Part shown: in pieces, positions 9,481 to 18,426 of the stretch
Layout of the letters: the number at the start of each line of letters is the position of its first letter
Position numbering within the stretch: position 1 is the first letter of the stretch
Source: Rhodobacter capsulatus SB 1003
Lineage (GTDB): Bacteria; Pseudomonadota; Alphaproteobacteria; Rhodobacterales; Rhodobacteraceae
Assembly: GCF_000021865.1 (NCBI RefSeq)
Contig: NC_014034.1
Span: 900,001 to 932,000, forward strand
DNA length: 32,000 nt
Direction of reading: 5' to 3'
Program-made: the position numbers and the translations under genes
The notes under the pieces: generated by a model
Seen by the model: the letters and a program-made list of their open reading frames with translations, nothing else
Database searches by the model: none
What the model was told of the DNA's origin: nothing

Positions 9481-11208
9481 ATGACCTTGAATCTGAGCAT
9501 GTCAGAGCACGAAGACCTCAAGCCGCGGATCACCGTCTTCGGCGTCGGTGGTGCGGGTGGCAACGCGGTCAACAACATGATCGACAAGGCGCTGGAAGGC
9601 GTCGAATTCGTCGTGGCCAATACCGATGCGCAGGCGCTGCAGCAGTCGCGCTCGCGCGATCGGATCCAGATGGGCGTGAAGGTGACCGAGGGTCTCGGGG
9701 CCGGGGCCCGTCCCTCGGTCGGCGCGGCGGCGGCCGAGGAAAGCATCGAGGCGATCGTCGATCATCTGGTCGGCGCGCACATGTGCTTCATCACCGCGGG
9801 GATGGGCGGCGGCACCGGCACCGGCGCGGCCCCGATCATCGCGCAGGCCGCCCGCGAGCTGGGCGTGCTGACCGTCGGCGTGGTGACGAAACCCTTCCAG
9901 TTCGAAGGGCCGAAACGCATGCGTCAGGCCGAGGCGGGGATCGAAGCCCTGCAAAAGGTCGTCGACACGCTGATCATCATTCCGAACCAGAACCTGTTCC
10001 GTCTGGCGAACGAAAAGACCACCTTCACCGAAGCCTTCGCGCTGGCCGATGACGTGCTTTACCAGGGCGTCAAGGGCGTGACCGATCTGATGGTCCGTCC
10101 GGGGCTGATCAACCTCGACTTCGCCGATGTCCGCGCGGTGATGGACGAGATGGGCAAGGCGATGATGGGCACGGGCGAATCCGCGGGCGATGACCGCGCC
10201 GTTCAGGCCGCCGAAAAGGCGATCTCGAACCCGCTGCTCGATGAAATCAGCCTGCGCGGCGCCAAGGGCGTCCTGATCAACATCACCGGCGGCTATGATC
10301 TGACGCTGTTCGAACTGGACGAGGCCGCCAACCGCATCCGCGAGGAAGTGGACCCGGATGCGAACATCATCGTCGGCTCGACGCTGGATCCGTCGATGGA
10401 AGGCATGATGCGGGTCTCGGTCGTGGCGACCGGCATCGACGCCGCCCCGGCGCAGGAAATCCCGGTGCCGCGCCGCTCGATGGCCGAACCGCTGAAAGCC
10501 GCGGCCCCCGCCCCGGCCCCGGTCGAACCCGCGCGTCCGGCGCTGAGCGTGACCTCGGCGCAGCCGGTGACGATGGCGCAACCGGCGCCGCAGCCCGTCG
10601 TGCAGCAGCCCGCGCCGCAGCCGGTGGCGCAACAGCCGCAACCGGCGCCGCAGCAACCCGCCGCGCAGCCGGTCTATGACCGCAACCTGTTCGAGGCCCC
10701 GGTCGCCGCCGCGCCCGCGCCGCAGCCGGTGCATGCGCCGCAACCGCAACCGCAGCCGCAACAGTTCAGCGACGAACTGCCGCCGCCCGCCTATCAGCCC
10801 CGCGCCGCCGCCGCGCGCGAGATGATGCTGCAGGACGACGAAGCCAGCTTCGTCGCGCCGCGTCCGCGCGCGCCCGGCCAACCCTCGCCCGAGGCGCTGG
10901 CCCGGCTGCAGGCCGCGGTGAGCAAGGTGCCGCAGGGCAATCCGGCCCCCGCCGCGGGCTATCACCGCCCGATGGCGCAGCCGGCGGGCAGCGTTGCCCG
11001 CGCCCCGGCGCCGCAAGCCGCGGAAAAACCGCGCTTCGGCATCAATTCGCTGATCAACCGGATGACCGGCCATGCCGAGGCCGCCGCGCTGGCCCCGACT
11101 CAGCGTCAGATGCCCGCCGCGCCGCAGCATCAGCCCTATGACGACGAACAGGACCCGGACCAGGATCGCATCGAAATCCCGGCTTTCCTGCGTCGTCAGG
11201 CGAATTGA
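9481..11208 (+). CDS. ftsZ: Cell division GTPase FtsZ with a long Pro/Gln/Ala-rich C-terminal linker
   Basis: In frame with ORF 9421..11208, with the ATG at 9481 ([33 protein letters not shown]). The tubulin signature [10 protein letters not shown] is present, as is the conserved C-terminal peptide [14 protein letters not shown]. Confidence 0.96.
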   Translation: MTLNLSMSEHEDLKPRITVFGVGGAGGNAVNNMIDKALEGVEFVVANTDAQALQQSRSRDRIQMGVKVTEGLGAGARPSVGAAAAEESIEAIVDHLVGAHMCFITAGMGGGTGTGAAPIIAQAARELGVLTVGVVTKPFQFEGPKRMRQAEAGIEALQKVVDTLIIIPNQNLFRLANEKTTFTEAFALADDVLYQGVKGVTDLMVRPGLINLDFADVRAVMDEMGKAMMGTGESAGDDRAVQAAEKAISNPLLDEISLRGAKGVLINITGGYDLTLFELDEAANRIREEVDPDANIIVGSTLDPSMEGMMRVSVVATGIDAAPAQEIPVPRRSMAEPLKAAAPAPAPVEPARPALSVTSAQPVTMAQPAPQPVVQQPAPQPVAQQPQPAPQQPAAQPVYDRNLFEAPVAAAPAPQPVHAPQPQPQPQQFSDELPPPAYQPRAAAAREMMLQDDEASFVAPRPRAPGQPSPEALARLQAAVSKVPQGNPAPAAGYHRPMAQPAGSVARAPAPQAAEKPRFGINSLINRMTGHAEAAALAPTQRQMPAAPQHQPYDDEQDPDQDRIEIPAFLRRQAN

Positions 11209-11228
11209 CGCATCACAACATGTCGCGG

Positions 11229-11259
11229 AAGGGCCGGTGAAAACCGGCCCTTTTCTTTT
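11229..11259 (+). terminator. Rho-independent terminator downstream of ftsZ
   Basis: AAGGGCCGGT-GAAA-ACCGGCCCTT is a 10-bp stem with a GAAA loop, followed directly by TTTTCTTTT. It lies 21 nt after the ftsZ stop. Confidence 0.75.
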
Positions 11260-11397
11260 GCAATTCAATGCTCTAACGCGAAGTCGGCAGGGTTTTGCCC
11301 ATGCCTTGGCCTTCTGTTTCAGTTTGTTGCAAAAGGTGAATTGTGTGTTTGGTCAACGGTTCTTAACTGATCCTCGGAACTCCCCGCCACGATCGGT

Positions 11398-12342
11398 GTG
11401 GGGAAAAGAAAGGCAAGCACGACCGTGCAAACCACGCTTGGCGCATCTGTCACCTTCGTCGGGATCGGCCTGCATTCGGGCAAGCCGGTGCGGATGATCG
11501 CGCATCCCGCCCCCGCCGGTCACGGCATCGTCTTCCGGCGCACCGATGTGACGGGCGTCGATCCGCGCATCCCGGCGCTTTGGGATCATGTCACGCCCTC
11601 GAAACTCTGCACGCTGATCGTGAATGCCGACGGCGTGTCCGTCTCGACGATCGAACACATCATGGCGGCGCTGGCCGGTCTGGGCATCGGCAACGCGCTG
11701 ATCGAGATCGACGGGCCGGAAGTGCCGATTCTCGACGGCTCCTCGGCGCCTTTCGTGAAGGCGATCCGCCGCGTTGGCCTGCGGCGTCTTGACGCCGATC
11801 TGCGCGCGATCCGGGTGCTGCATCCGGTCGAAGTCCGCGAGGGCGAGGCCGTCGCGCGGCTGGAACCGGCGCCGACGCTGGAAATCGATTTCGCCATCGA
11901 CTTCGCCGATGCGGCGATCGGCAAACAGGCGAAAAGCCTGAAGATGGCCAATGGCGCCTTCGTGCGCGAGCTGATGGACAGCCGCACCTTCTGCCGTCAG
12001 GCCGATGTCGATTTCATGCGCGCCAACGGGCTTGCGCTGGGGGGCACCTATGAAAACGCCGTCGTCGTCGATGGCGCCGAGGTGCTCTCGCCCGGCGGGC
12101 TGCGCCATGCCGATGAAGCCGTGCGCCACAAGATGCTGGATGCGATGGGCGATCTGGCCCTGGCCGGGGCGCCGCTGATGGCGCGATACGTCGGCAACCG
12201 GGCGGGCCATGCGCTGACGAACAAGCTTTTGCGCGCGCTTTTCGCCGATCCCGACGCCTGGATCTGGGAAACCTGCTCGCCCGAACAGGCGCATCGCCTG
12301 CCGGGCGCGGGCGTGCTGCGCGGGTCGATGGCGGCGCGCTGA
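11398..12342 (+). CDS. lpxC: UDP-3-O-acyl-N-acetylglucosamine deacetylase LpxC
   Basis: ORF 11398..12342. QTTLGASVTFVGIGLHSGKPV and EHIMAALAGLGIGNALIEIDGPEVPILDGSSAPFV match the LpxC N-terminal domain. The start is uncertain. GTG 11398 has no RBS, whereas the in-frame GTG at 11425 (VQTTLG...) follows AAGAAAGG and fits typical LpxC N-termini better. Confidence 0.92.
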   Translation: MGKRKASTTVQTTLGASVTFVGIGLHSGKPVRMIAHPAPAGHGIVFRRTDVTGVDPRIPALWDHVTPSKLCTLIVNADGVSVSTIEHIMAALAGLGIGNALIEIDGPEVPILDGSSAPFVKAIRRVGLRRLDADLRAIRVLHPVEVREGEAVARLEPAPTLEIDFAIDFADAAIGKQAKSLKMANGAFVRELMDSRTFCRQADVDFMRANGLALGGTYENAVVVDGAEVLSPGGLRHADEAVRHKMLDAMGDLALAGAPLMARYVGNRAGHALTNKLLRALFADPDAWIWETCSPEQAHRLPGAGVLRGSMAAR

Positions 12343-12493
12343 GCCTTCACGGCCGCGTCAGTCCTTCGCTGGCGCGCGAAAGGCGTTTTGCGCCGCCGTT
12401 TTTTCTGTGCTAGGACGGGCGAAACAGCGGCTCCCCCGGGGGTCAGAGGCGGCAGACCGGACGCAGTTCCGGTGACGAACGGAAGAGGCAGCG

Positions 12494-13339
12494 ATGGCAA
12501 CGGGCAAAACGGCGGCGCTACGGGTCGGCAGTCTTGCGCTGCTTGCGGCTTTGGCGGCCTGCGGTCCGACGCAAAAGGAGCCGCCGCTGGAAAACTTCAC
12601 CGCCGAGGAAATCTACAAGCGCGGCGAATATGAACTCGAGGTCGGCAACCCCCGCCGTCCCGCCGAGGCGCTGCGCTATTTCTCGGAAGTGGAGCGGCTT
12701 TACCCCTATTCCGAATATGCCAAGCGCGCCCTGATCATGGAGGCCTTCGCCCAGCACAAGGCGAAGAAATACGAAGACGCCCGGTCTTCGGCGCAGCGCT
12801 ATCTGGACACCTATCCGGGGTCCGAAGATGCGGCCTATGCGAAATATCTGCTGGCGCTGTCCTATTACGACCAGATCGACGAGGTCGGCCGCGATCAGGG
12901 TCTGACCTTCCAGGCGCTGCAGGCGCTGCGCGCGGTGATCGAGGAATATCCCGACAGCGATTACGCGCGCTCGGCGGCGCTGAAATTCGATCTGGCCTTC
13001 GACCATCTGGCGTCGAAGGAAATGGAAATCGGCCGGTTCTACCTGAAAAAGGGTCATTACACCGCCGCGATCAACCGTTTCCGCGTCGTGGTCGAGCAAT
13101 ATCAGACCACCACCCACACGCCCGAGGCGCTGATGCGGCTCGTCGAATGCTATCTCTCGCTCGGCCTGACCGACGAGGCGCAGACGGCGGGGGCGATCCT
13201 GGGTCACAACTTCCAGTCCTCGCCCTTCTATGACGATGCCTACAAGCGGCTGAAAAAGATGGGCCTTGAACCCGAAGCCAAGGGGTCGAGCTGGCTTTCC
13301 GCGATCTATCGGCAGGTCATCAAGGGCGAATGGCTCTGA
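12494..13339 (+). CDS. bamD: Outer membrane protein assembly factor BamD (ComL/YfiO lipoprotein, TPR)
   Basis: ORF 12494..13339 (281 aa) with GGAAGAGG as RBS. It has a signal peptide with lipobox LAAC, and TPR-like repeats with the YPxSxYA motif recurring (YPYSEYAKRA, YPGSEDAAYA, YPDSDYARSA). Confidence 0.9.
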   Translation: MATGKTAALRVGSLALLAALAACGPTQKEPPLENFTAEEIYKRGEYELEVGNPRRPAEALRYFSEVERLYPYSEYAKRALIMEAFAQHKAKKYEDARSSAQRYLDTYPGSEDAAYAKYLLALSYYDQIDEVGRDQGLTFQALQALRAVIEEYPDSDYARSAALKFDLAFDHLASKEMEIGRFYLKKGHYTAAINRFRVVVEQYQTTTHTPEALMRLVECYLSLGLTDEAQTAGAILGHNFQSSPFYDDAYKRLKKMGLEPEAKGSSWLSAIYRQVIKGEWL

Positions 13340-13369
13340 TCCTTTCGGGGACCGGGGCAGGGGGCTGAG

Positions 13370-15019
13370 ATGCTGTGCACGCTCGACATTCGTGACATGC
13401 TGCTGATCGACCGGCTGCAGCTTGACTTCGGCGCGGGTCTGAATGTGCTCACCGGCGAGACCGGGGCGGGCAAGTCGATCCTGCTCGATTGTCTGGGCTT
13501 CGTGCTGGGCTGGCGCGGCCGGGCAGAGCTGGTGCGGGCGGGGGCCGCGCAGGGCGAGGTGGTCGCGGTCTTCGAGCTGCCCGCGGGCCATCCGGCGCGT
13601 GCGGTTCTGGAAGATGCGGGGATCCCGGCCGAAGACGAGCTGATCCTGCGCCGGGTGAATGCGCGCGATGGCCGCAAGACCGCCTTCATCAACGACCGCC
13701 GGGCAAGCGGCGAGGTGCTGCGCGCGGTCTCCGAGACCCTGGTCGAGCTGCACGGGCAACAGGATGATGGCGGGCTGCTGAACGCCCGCGGCCACCGCGC
13801 CGCGCTCGATGCCTTTGCCGGTCACGACGATCTTCTGGCGGCGGTCCGGGCGGCCTGGGCGGCACGGGCGGCGGCGACAAAACGGCTTGCCGAGGCCGAA
13901 GCGGCGCTGGCCGCGGTCAAGGGCGAGGAGGATTTCCTGCGTCATGCCGTGGCGGAACTCGACAAGCTCGCCCCCGTCGCGGGCGAAGAGGCCGAGCTGG
14001 ACACCCGCCGCCGTCTGATGCAGGCGGCCGAACGCATCCGCGCCGATGTGCTGCGCGCGCATCAGATCCTTGGCCCCGAGGGCGCCGAGGGGGCGATGCG
14101 CGACGCCGACCGCTGGCTTGCGGGCGCGGCCGACAAGGCCGAGGGGTCGCTGGACGGCGCGATGGCCTCGCTCGAACGGGCGCTGATCGAGCTGGGCGAA
14201 GCGGTCTCGGGGATCGAGGCGGCGCTGCAGGCGATGGCCTTCGATCCGCGCGCGCTGGAGGCCTGCGAGGAGCGGCTTTTCGCGCTGCGGGCGGCGGCGC
14301 GCAAACATGGCACGACCCCCGATGATCTGGCGGAGCTGAGCGGCAAGCTTTCGGCCCGTCTTGCCGCGCTTGATGCGGGCGAAGAGGGGATCTCCCGGCT
14401 GACGGCCGATGTCGCGGCGACCGAGACGGCCTTTGGCGCGGCGGCGGCGCGGCTTTCAGCGGCGCGGGCCGAGGCGGCGGGGCGGCTTGATGCGGCGATG
14501 GCGGCAGAACTGGCGCCGCTGAAGCTGGAACGGGCTGTTTTCGCGACGAAAATCACCCGCGGCGAGGCGGGGCCCGAGGGCTGGGACACGGTCGCCTTCA
14601 CCGTGGCGACGAACCCGGGGGCGCCTGCGGGTCCCTTGGACAAGATCGCTTCGGGCGGGGAGCTGTCGCGCTTTGTTCTGGCGCTGAAAGTGGTGCTGGC
14701 CAGGGGCGCCGATGCGCTGGTGCTGATCTTCGACGAGATCGACCGCGGGGTTGGCGGCGCCACCGCCGATGCGGTCGGGCGGCGGCTGGCGCAGCTGTCG
14801 GAAACCGCGCAGGTTCTGGTCGTCACCCACAGCCCGCAGGTCGCCGCGCGCGGATCGCATCATTTCCGCGTCGCGAAATCGGTGGCCGACGGCATGACCA
14901 CCTCGCGCGTCGAGGCGCTGCCGCCGCCCGAGCGGGTGGATGAGATCGCCCGGATGATTTCGGGCGCCGAGGTGACCGACGCCGCCCGGGCCGCGGCGCA
15001 ATCGCTTCTGCACGGCTGA
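13370..15019 (+). CDS. recN: DNA repair protein RecN (SMC-like ATPase)
   Basis: ORF 13370..15019 (549 aa). It has Walker A GETGAGKSILLD, a long coiled-coil middle, the signature ASGGELSRFVLALK and Walker B LIFDEIDRGVGG. Confidence 0.95.
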   Translation: MLCTLDIRDMLLIDRLQLDFGAGLNVLTGETGAGKSILLDCLGFVLGWRGRAELVRAGAAQGEVVAVFELPAGHPARAVLEDAGIPAEDELILRRVNARDGRKTAFINDRRASGEVLRAVSETLVELHGQQDDGGLLNARGHRAALDAFAGHDDLLAAVRAAWAARAAATKRLAEAEAALAAVKGEEDFLRHAVAELDKLAPVAGEEAELDTRRRLMQAAERIRADVLRAHQILGPEGAEGAMRDADRWLAGAADKAEGSLDGAMASLERALIELGEAVSGIEAALQAMAFDPRALEACEERLFALRAAARKHGTTPDDLAELSGKLSARLAALDAGEEGISRLTADVAATETAFGAAAARLSAARAEAAGRLDAAMAAELAPLKLERAVFATKITRGEAGPEGWDTVAFTVATNPGAPAGPLDKIASGGELSRFVLALKVVLARGADALVLIFDEIDRGVGGATADAVGRRLAQLSETAQVLVVTHSPQVAARGSHHFRVAKSVADGMTTSRVEALPPPERVDEIARMISGAEVTDAARAAAQSLLHG

Positions 15020-15023
15020 GGCA

Positions 15024-15107
15024 GGGGGGCGCTGCCCCCCGTCCCTGCGGGACTCCCCCCGGGATATTTCTGGCAAGATAAAAGGGCAGGGGCTGTCCCC
15101 CCCTGCC
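15024..15107. repeat. Half copy of the intergenic element (left modules only) plus a short GC hairpin
   Basis: GGGGGGCGCTGCCCCCC, then GTCCC-TGC-GGGAC, then TCCCCCCGGGATATTTCTGGCAAGATAAAAG. This matches the left half of the 19603 copy. The right arm is absent. GGCAGGGG-CTGTCCC-CCCCTGCC takes its place and abuts the stop codon of the convergent gene. Confidence 0.8.
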
Positions 15108-15500
15108 TTACGATTCCACCACGAATTGCGCGGTGACGATCTGCCAATCCTCGGGGCCGAGGCGTTCGAGCGTGGCACACAGCACGGCGCCGATCCGGCC
15201 CGCATCCTGCCCGGCCTCGTCCACCAGACCCGAAAGCACGAAGCGTTGCATCAGCACTGTCACCGCGCTGCCGATCGGGCGCAGCCGGGTGCGGCCGGTC
15301 ACCAGCCGCGCGCGCTGAAAGGCGCCGGCGAATTCGCCCGCCATCAATTCCGCGATCGCCGCCCGCCCCTGCGCCGCGCCGCCGGTGAGGCTGAGGAGTT
15401 CGCCATCCTCGACGAAGAGCTGCGACAGCCCCAGCGCGTCGCGCGCCCCCCACAGCACGGCAAAGGTCCGCGGCAGCTCTGCCGGTTGGCTCAGGCTCAC
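15108..15500 (-). CDS. NTF2-like / SnoaL-like (DUF4440, SgcJ/EcaC-type) small protein
   Basis: ORF 15108..15500 (130 aa). The pattern ...W..RD...L..LF.EDGEL.....G...GR.AI.......F......R...GR...RP......V..QRF.L.G.......G....L.ATLER.....W.I..AQF fits the alpha+beta cone family. Its GTG start overlaps the stop of the upstream oxidase (GTGA). The family call rests on pattern recognition only. Confidence 0.65.
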   Translation of the reverse strand: MSLSQPAELPRTFAVLWGARDALGLSQLFVEDGELLSLTGGAAQGRAAIAELMAGEFAGAFQRARLVTGRTRLRPIGSAVTVLMQRFVLSGLVDEAGQDAGRIGAVLCATLERLGPEDWQIVTAQFVVES

Positions 15501-16882
15501 GGCATCTCTCCGTCTTGCGGCACCAGCTTGCCGGGGTTGAGGATGTTCAAGGGATCAAGCGCCGCCTTGATCGCCCCCATCACCGCCCAGGCCTGCCCGT
15601 GTTCCTCGGCCATCATCGCGCGCTTGCCCAGCCCGATGCCATGTTCGCCGGTGATCGTGCCGCCCATCGCCAGCGCCATCGCGGCCAGATCATGCGCGAC
15701 CGTTTTCGCCGTCGCCAGTTCCGCCGGGTTCTCGCGGTCCAAAAGCAGGATGGCGTGGAAATTGCCGTCGCCGACATGGCCCAGGATCGGCCCGGTCAGC
15801 CCCGCCGCGGCAATCAGCGCCCGCGCTTGCGCCACCGCCTCGGCCAGCCGCGAGATCGGCACGCAGACATCGGTGACAAGCCCCATGCAGCCCGGCCGCG
15901 AGGCGATGCAGGCCGAATAGGCGCCGTGCCGCATCTTCCAGAGCCGGTTGCGCTCCTCGGTCGTCGTCGCCCATTGGAAATCGGCGCCGCCCATCTCGGC
16001 CACCACCTCGCCGAAACGCTCCGAGGCCTCGGCCACGCCTGCGTCCGAACCGTGGAACTCGATCATCAGATGCGGCGTCTCGGGCAGGGCGGTGCCGTTC
16101 ATCTTGTTGAAGATGCGCGCGATCTCTTCGTCGACGAATTCGATCCGCGCCACTTCGATGCCCAGCTGGATGACATGCTGCACGGTTTCCACCGCCGCCT
16201 CGAAGCGCTCGAAGGCGCAGACCGCCGAGGAGACCGCCTCGGGCTGGCCATGCAGCCGCAGCGTCAGTTCGGTGATCAGCCCGAGCGTGCCTTCCGATCC
16301 CAGCATCAGCGCCGTCAGATCATAGCCCGACGCCGATTTCGCCGCGCCCGAGCCGGTGCGGATCACCCGCCCGTCGGCCAGAACCACGCTCAGCCCCGCC
16401 ACATTGTCCCGCATCGAGCCGTAACGCACCGTCGTCGTTCCGCTCGCCCGGGTCGCCGCCATCCCGCCCAGCGACGCATTCGCCCCCGGATCGACCGGGA
16501 AGAACAGCCCCGTCGCACGCAGATCGGCATTCAGCGCCTCGCGGGTGATGCCGGGCTGGACCCGCACCAGACGATCCTCGGCGCGGACTTCCAGCACCCG
16601 GTTCATCCGGCTGAAATCGACGACGATGCCGCCCGCAACCGCCAAAGCATGGCCCTCAAGCGAGGTTCCCGCCCCCCAGCCGACCAGCGGCACCCGATGC
16701 GCGGCGCAAATTTTCGTGAGGGCCGCGACCTCTTCGGTCGTTTCGGGGAAGACCACTGCCTCGGGCGGGGTCAGGGGGAACCAGGTCTCGGATTGGCCGT
16801 GGGTTTCGCAATCTGTCCTTTTTTTGCTGATCCGATTGCCGAAAATTACCTGCGCCTCTTGCCAGAATGTCGCGTCCGCCAT
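15497..16882 (-). CDS. FAD-linked oxidase, D-lactate dehydrogenase (cytochrome) / GlcD-like
   Basis: ORF 15497..16882 (461 aa). It has an FAD PCMH domain (VVFPETTEEVAALTKICAAHRVPLVGWGAGTSLEGH), SGYDLTALMLGSEGTLGLITELTLRL, and the C-terminal GTITGEHGIGLGK...LDPLNILNPGK typical of the GlcD/DLD family. Confidence 0.9.
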   Translation of the reverse strand: MADATFWQEAQVIFGNRISKKRTDCETHGQSETWFPLTPPEAVVFPETTEEVAALTKICAAHRVPLVGWGAGTSLEGHALAVAGGIVVDFSRMNRVLEVRAEDRLVRVQPGITREALNADLRATGLFFPVDPGANASLGGMAATRASGTTTVRYGSMRDNVAGLSVVLADGRVIRTGSGAAKSASGYDLTALMLGSEGTLGLITELTLRLHGQPEAVSSAVCAFERFEAAVETVQHVIQLGIEVARIEFVDEEIARIFNKMNGTALPETPHLMIEFHGSDAGVAEASERFGEVVAEMGGADFQWATTTEERNRLWKMRHGAYSACIASRPGCMGLVTDVCVPISRLAEAVAQARALIAAAGLTGPILGHVGDGNFHAILLLDRENPAELATAKTVAHDLAAMALAMGGTITGEHGIGLGKRAMMAEEHGQAWAVMGAIKAALDPLNILNPGKLVPQDGEMP

Positions 16883-17040
16883 GTGCCCCTCCCGGTGTTG
16901 ACCCGTCTTAAGCGGATCGGCGCCGTCCCGAAAGGGGCGAAAAACCGCAGCAACAGGCGTTGAACAATATCTCTCGCGGATGCACCAATCCGCTCGGACA
17001 GGAGACAGCCGCAGAGTCGCGGCGATGGAGGGAGTCCGCG

Positions 17041-18426
17041 ATGATTTTCGAAAGCCGCATGTATCACGAAATCGAGCCGGGAATGAGCGCAGAGCTGCGC
17101 CGGCTTTGCACCGCCGATGATATCTATGCCTTCGTCGCTGCCTCGGGGAACCACAACCCGATGCACCTCGAGCATGTTGACGAAGACGGGCAAAAGGAAA
17201 AGCCGCTGGCGCCGGGGCTGTTCGTGGCCGCGCTGATTTCCTCGCTTCTGGGCTCGATCCTTCCCGGGCCGGGCACGCGCTACCGCGAGCAGCAGCTGGC
17301 CTTCCATGATTACGTGACCGCGGGCGAGGAGCTGGTGGCCAAGGTCACCGTCACGGGCAAGGAGCCCGAGGGGGTGATTGCGCTCGCCACCGAGGTGCGG
17401 CGGGTCGAGGGCGGCGCGCTGATCTGTTCGGGCACGGCGCGGGTTCTGGCGCCCAAGACCTATATCCGTTACGAGGAAATCGACGCCCCCGGGCTGATCG
17501 TGCAGCGCCATCGCCATTTCGAGGCGCTTTTGGAAAAGGCCGAGGCGCTGCCGGAACTGGCGACGGCGGTGGTCTGCCCCGAGGAGCAATCGGCGCTGGA
17601 AGGGGCGCTGATCGCGGCCGAGCGCGGGCTGATCAAGCCGATCCTGATCGGCAATCCGGCAAAGATCGAGGCGGCGGCAAAGGCGCTGTCGAAATCGCTC
17701 TCGGGCTTCGAGATCGTCGAGATGCTGAGCCATCGCGAGGCCGCCCGCGCGGCGGTCGAGCTGGTGCGCGCGGGCCGCGCCCAGTCGATCATGAAGGGGC
17801 ATCTGCACACCGATGACCTGCTGCGGCCGATGCTCGACAAGGAAAAGGGGCTGCGGATCGGGCGGCGCTTCACCCATGTCTTCGTGATGGACGTGCCCGG
17901 TGTCAGCCATCCGCTGCTGGTCACCGATGCGGCGATCAACATTGCCCCCGATCTGGCGACCAAGGTCGACATCGTGCAAAACGCCATAGATCTGGCGATT
18001 TCGCTCGGCATGGAGACGCCGAAGGTCGGCGTGCTGAGCGCGGTCGAAACGGTGAACCCGGCGATGCCGAGCTCGATCGATGCGGCGCTTTTGTCGAAAA
18101 TGGCGGAGCGCGGGCAGATCAAGGGCGGGGTGGTCGACGGGCCGCTTGCGATGGACAATGCGGTCGATATCGGGGCGGCGCGCACCAAGGGGCTGCGCGG
18201 GCCGGTGGCCGGTCATGCCGATGTGCTGGTGGTGCCGGGGATCGACGCGGGCAACATGCTGGCCAAGCAGCTGGCCTATATTTCCCACGCCGAGGCCGCG
18301 GGCGTCGTGCTGGGCGCGCGGGTGCCGGTGATCCTCAATTCGCGCTCTGACAGCGCGATGGCGCGGCTGGCCTCGGCGGCTGTCGCCTCGATCCACTGGA
18401 ACCGGATCGGCGGGGGGAATGCCTGA
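17041..18426 (+). CDS. Bifunctional MaoC-like (R)-hydratase hot-dog domain / phosphate acetyl(butyryl)transferase
   Basis: In frame with ORF 16960..18426. The ATG at 17041 follows GGAGGGAG. The N-terminal ~140 aa has hot-dog motifs (FVAASGNHNPMHLE). The C-terminal ~300 aa is PTA_PTB-like (MKGHLHTDDLL, VTDAAINIAPDL, GPLAMDNA, VLVVPGIDAGNMLAK). Confidence 0.9.
   Translation: MIFESRMYHEIEPGMSAELRRLCTADDIYAFVAASGNHNPMHLEHVDEDGQKEKPLAPGLFVAALISSLLGSILPGPGTRYREQQLAFHDYVTAGEELVAKVTVTGKEPEGVIALATEVRRVEGGALICSGTARVLAPKTYIRYEEIDAPGLIVQRHRHFEALLEKAEALPELATAVVCPEEQSALEGALIAAERGLIKPILIGNPAKIEAAAKALSKSLSGFEIVEMLSHREAARAAVELVRAGRAQSIMKGHLHTDDLLRPMLDKEKGLRIGRRFTHVFVMDVPGVSHPLLVTDAAINIAPDLATKVDIVQNAIDLAISLGMETPKVGVLSAVETVNPAMPSSIDAALLSKMAERGQIKGGVVDGPLAMDNAVDIGAARTKGLRGPVAGHADVLVVPGIDAGNMLAKQLAYISHAEAAGVVLGARVPVILNSRSDSAMARLASAAVASIHWNRIGGGNA

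Noticed and set aside
12371-12406. Possible intrinsic terminator after lpxC (GGCG-loop-CGCC followed by GTTTTTTCTG)
   Set aside because: The T-tract is notable in GC-rich DNA, but only 4-5 bp stems can be drawn and there are several competing registers. That is too weak to annotate.
13268-13282. Alphaproteobacterial LexA box (GAAC-N7-GAAC / GTTC-N7-GTTC) upstream of recN
   Set aside because: Only GAAC-N7-CAAG was found, inside the bamD 3' end, so only one half-site matches. The 30-bp bamD-recN spacer has no candidate. An SOS operator cannot be supported from this sequence.
934-18396. Series of long ORFs antisense or out of frame to dcw and metabolic genes. Examples: 934..2151, 3020..4510, 7413..9188, 9502..11268, 12518..14308, 15515..16963, 16846..18396, also 18276..19589 and 28405..30849.
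   Set aside because: Each overlaps a gene with strong family motifs on the other strand. All have the Arg/Gly/Pro/His-rich composition typical of non-coding frames in high-GC DNA, and none shows a recognisable domain.
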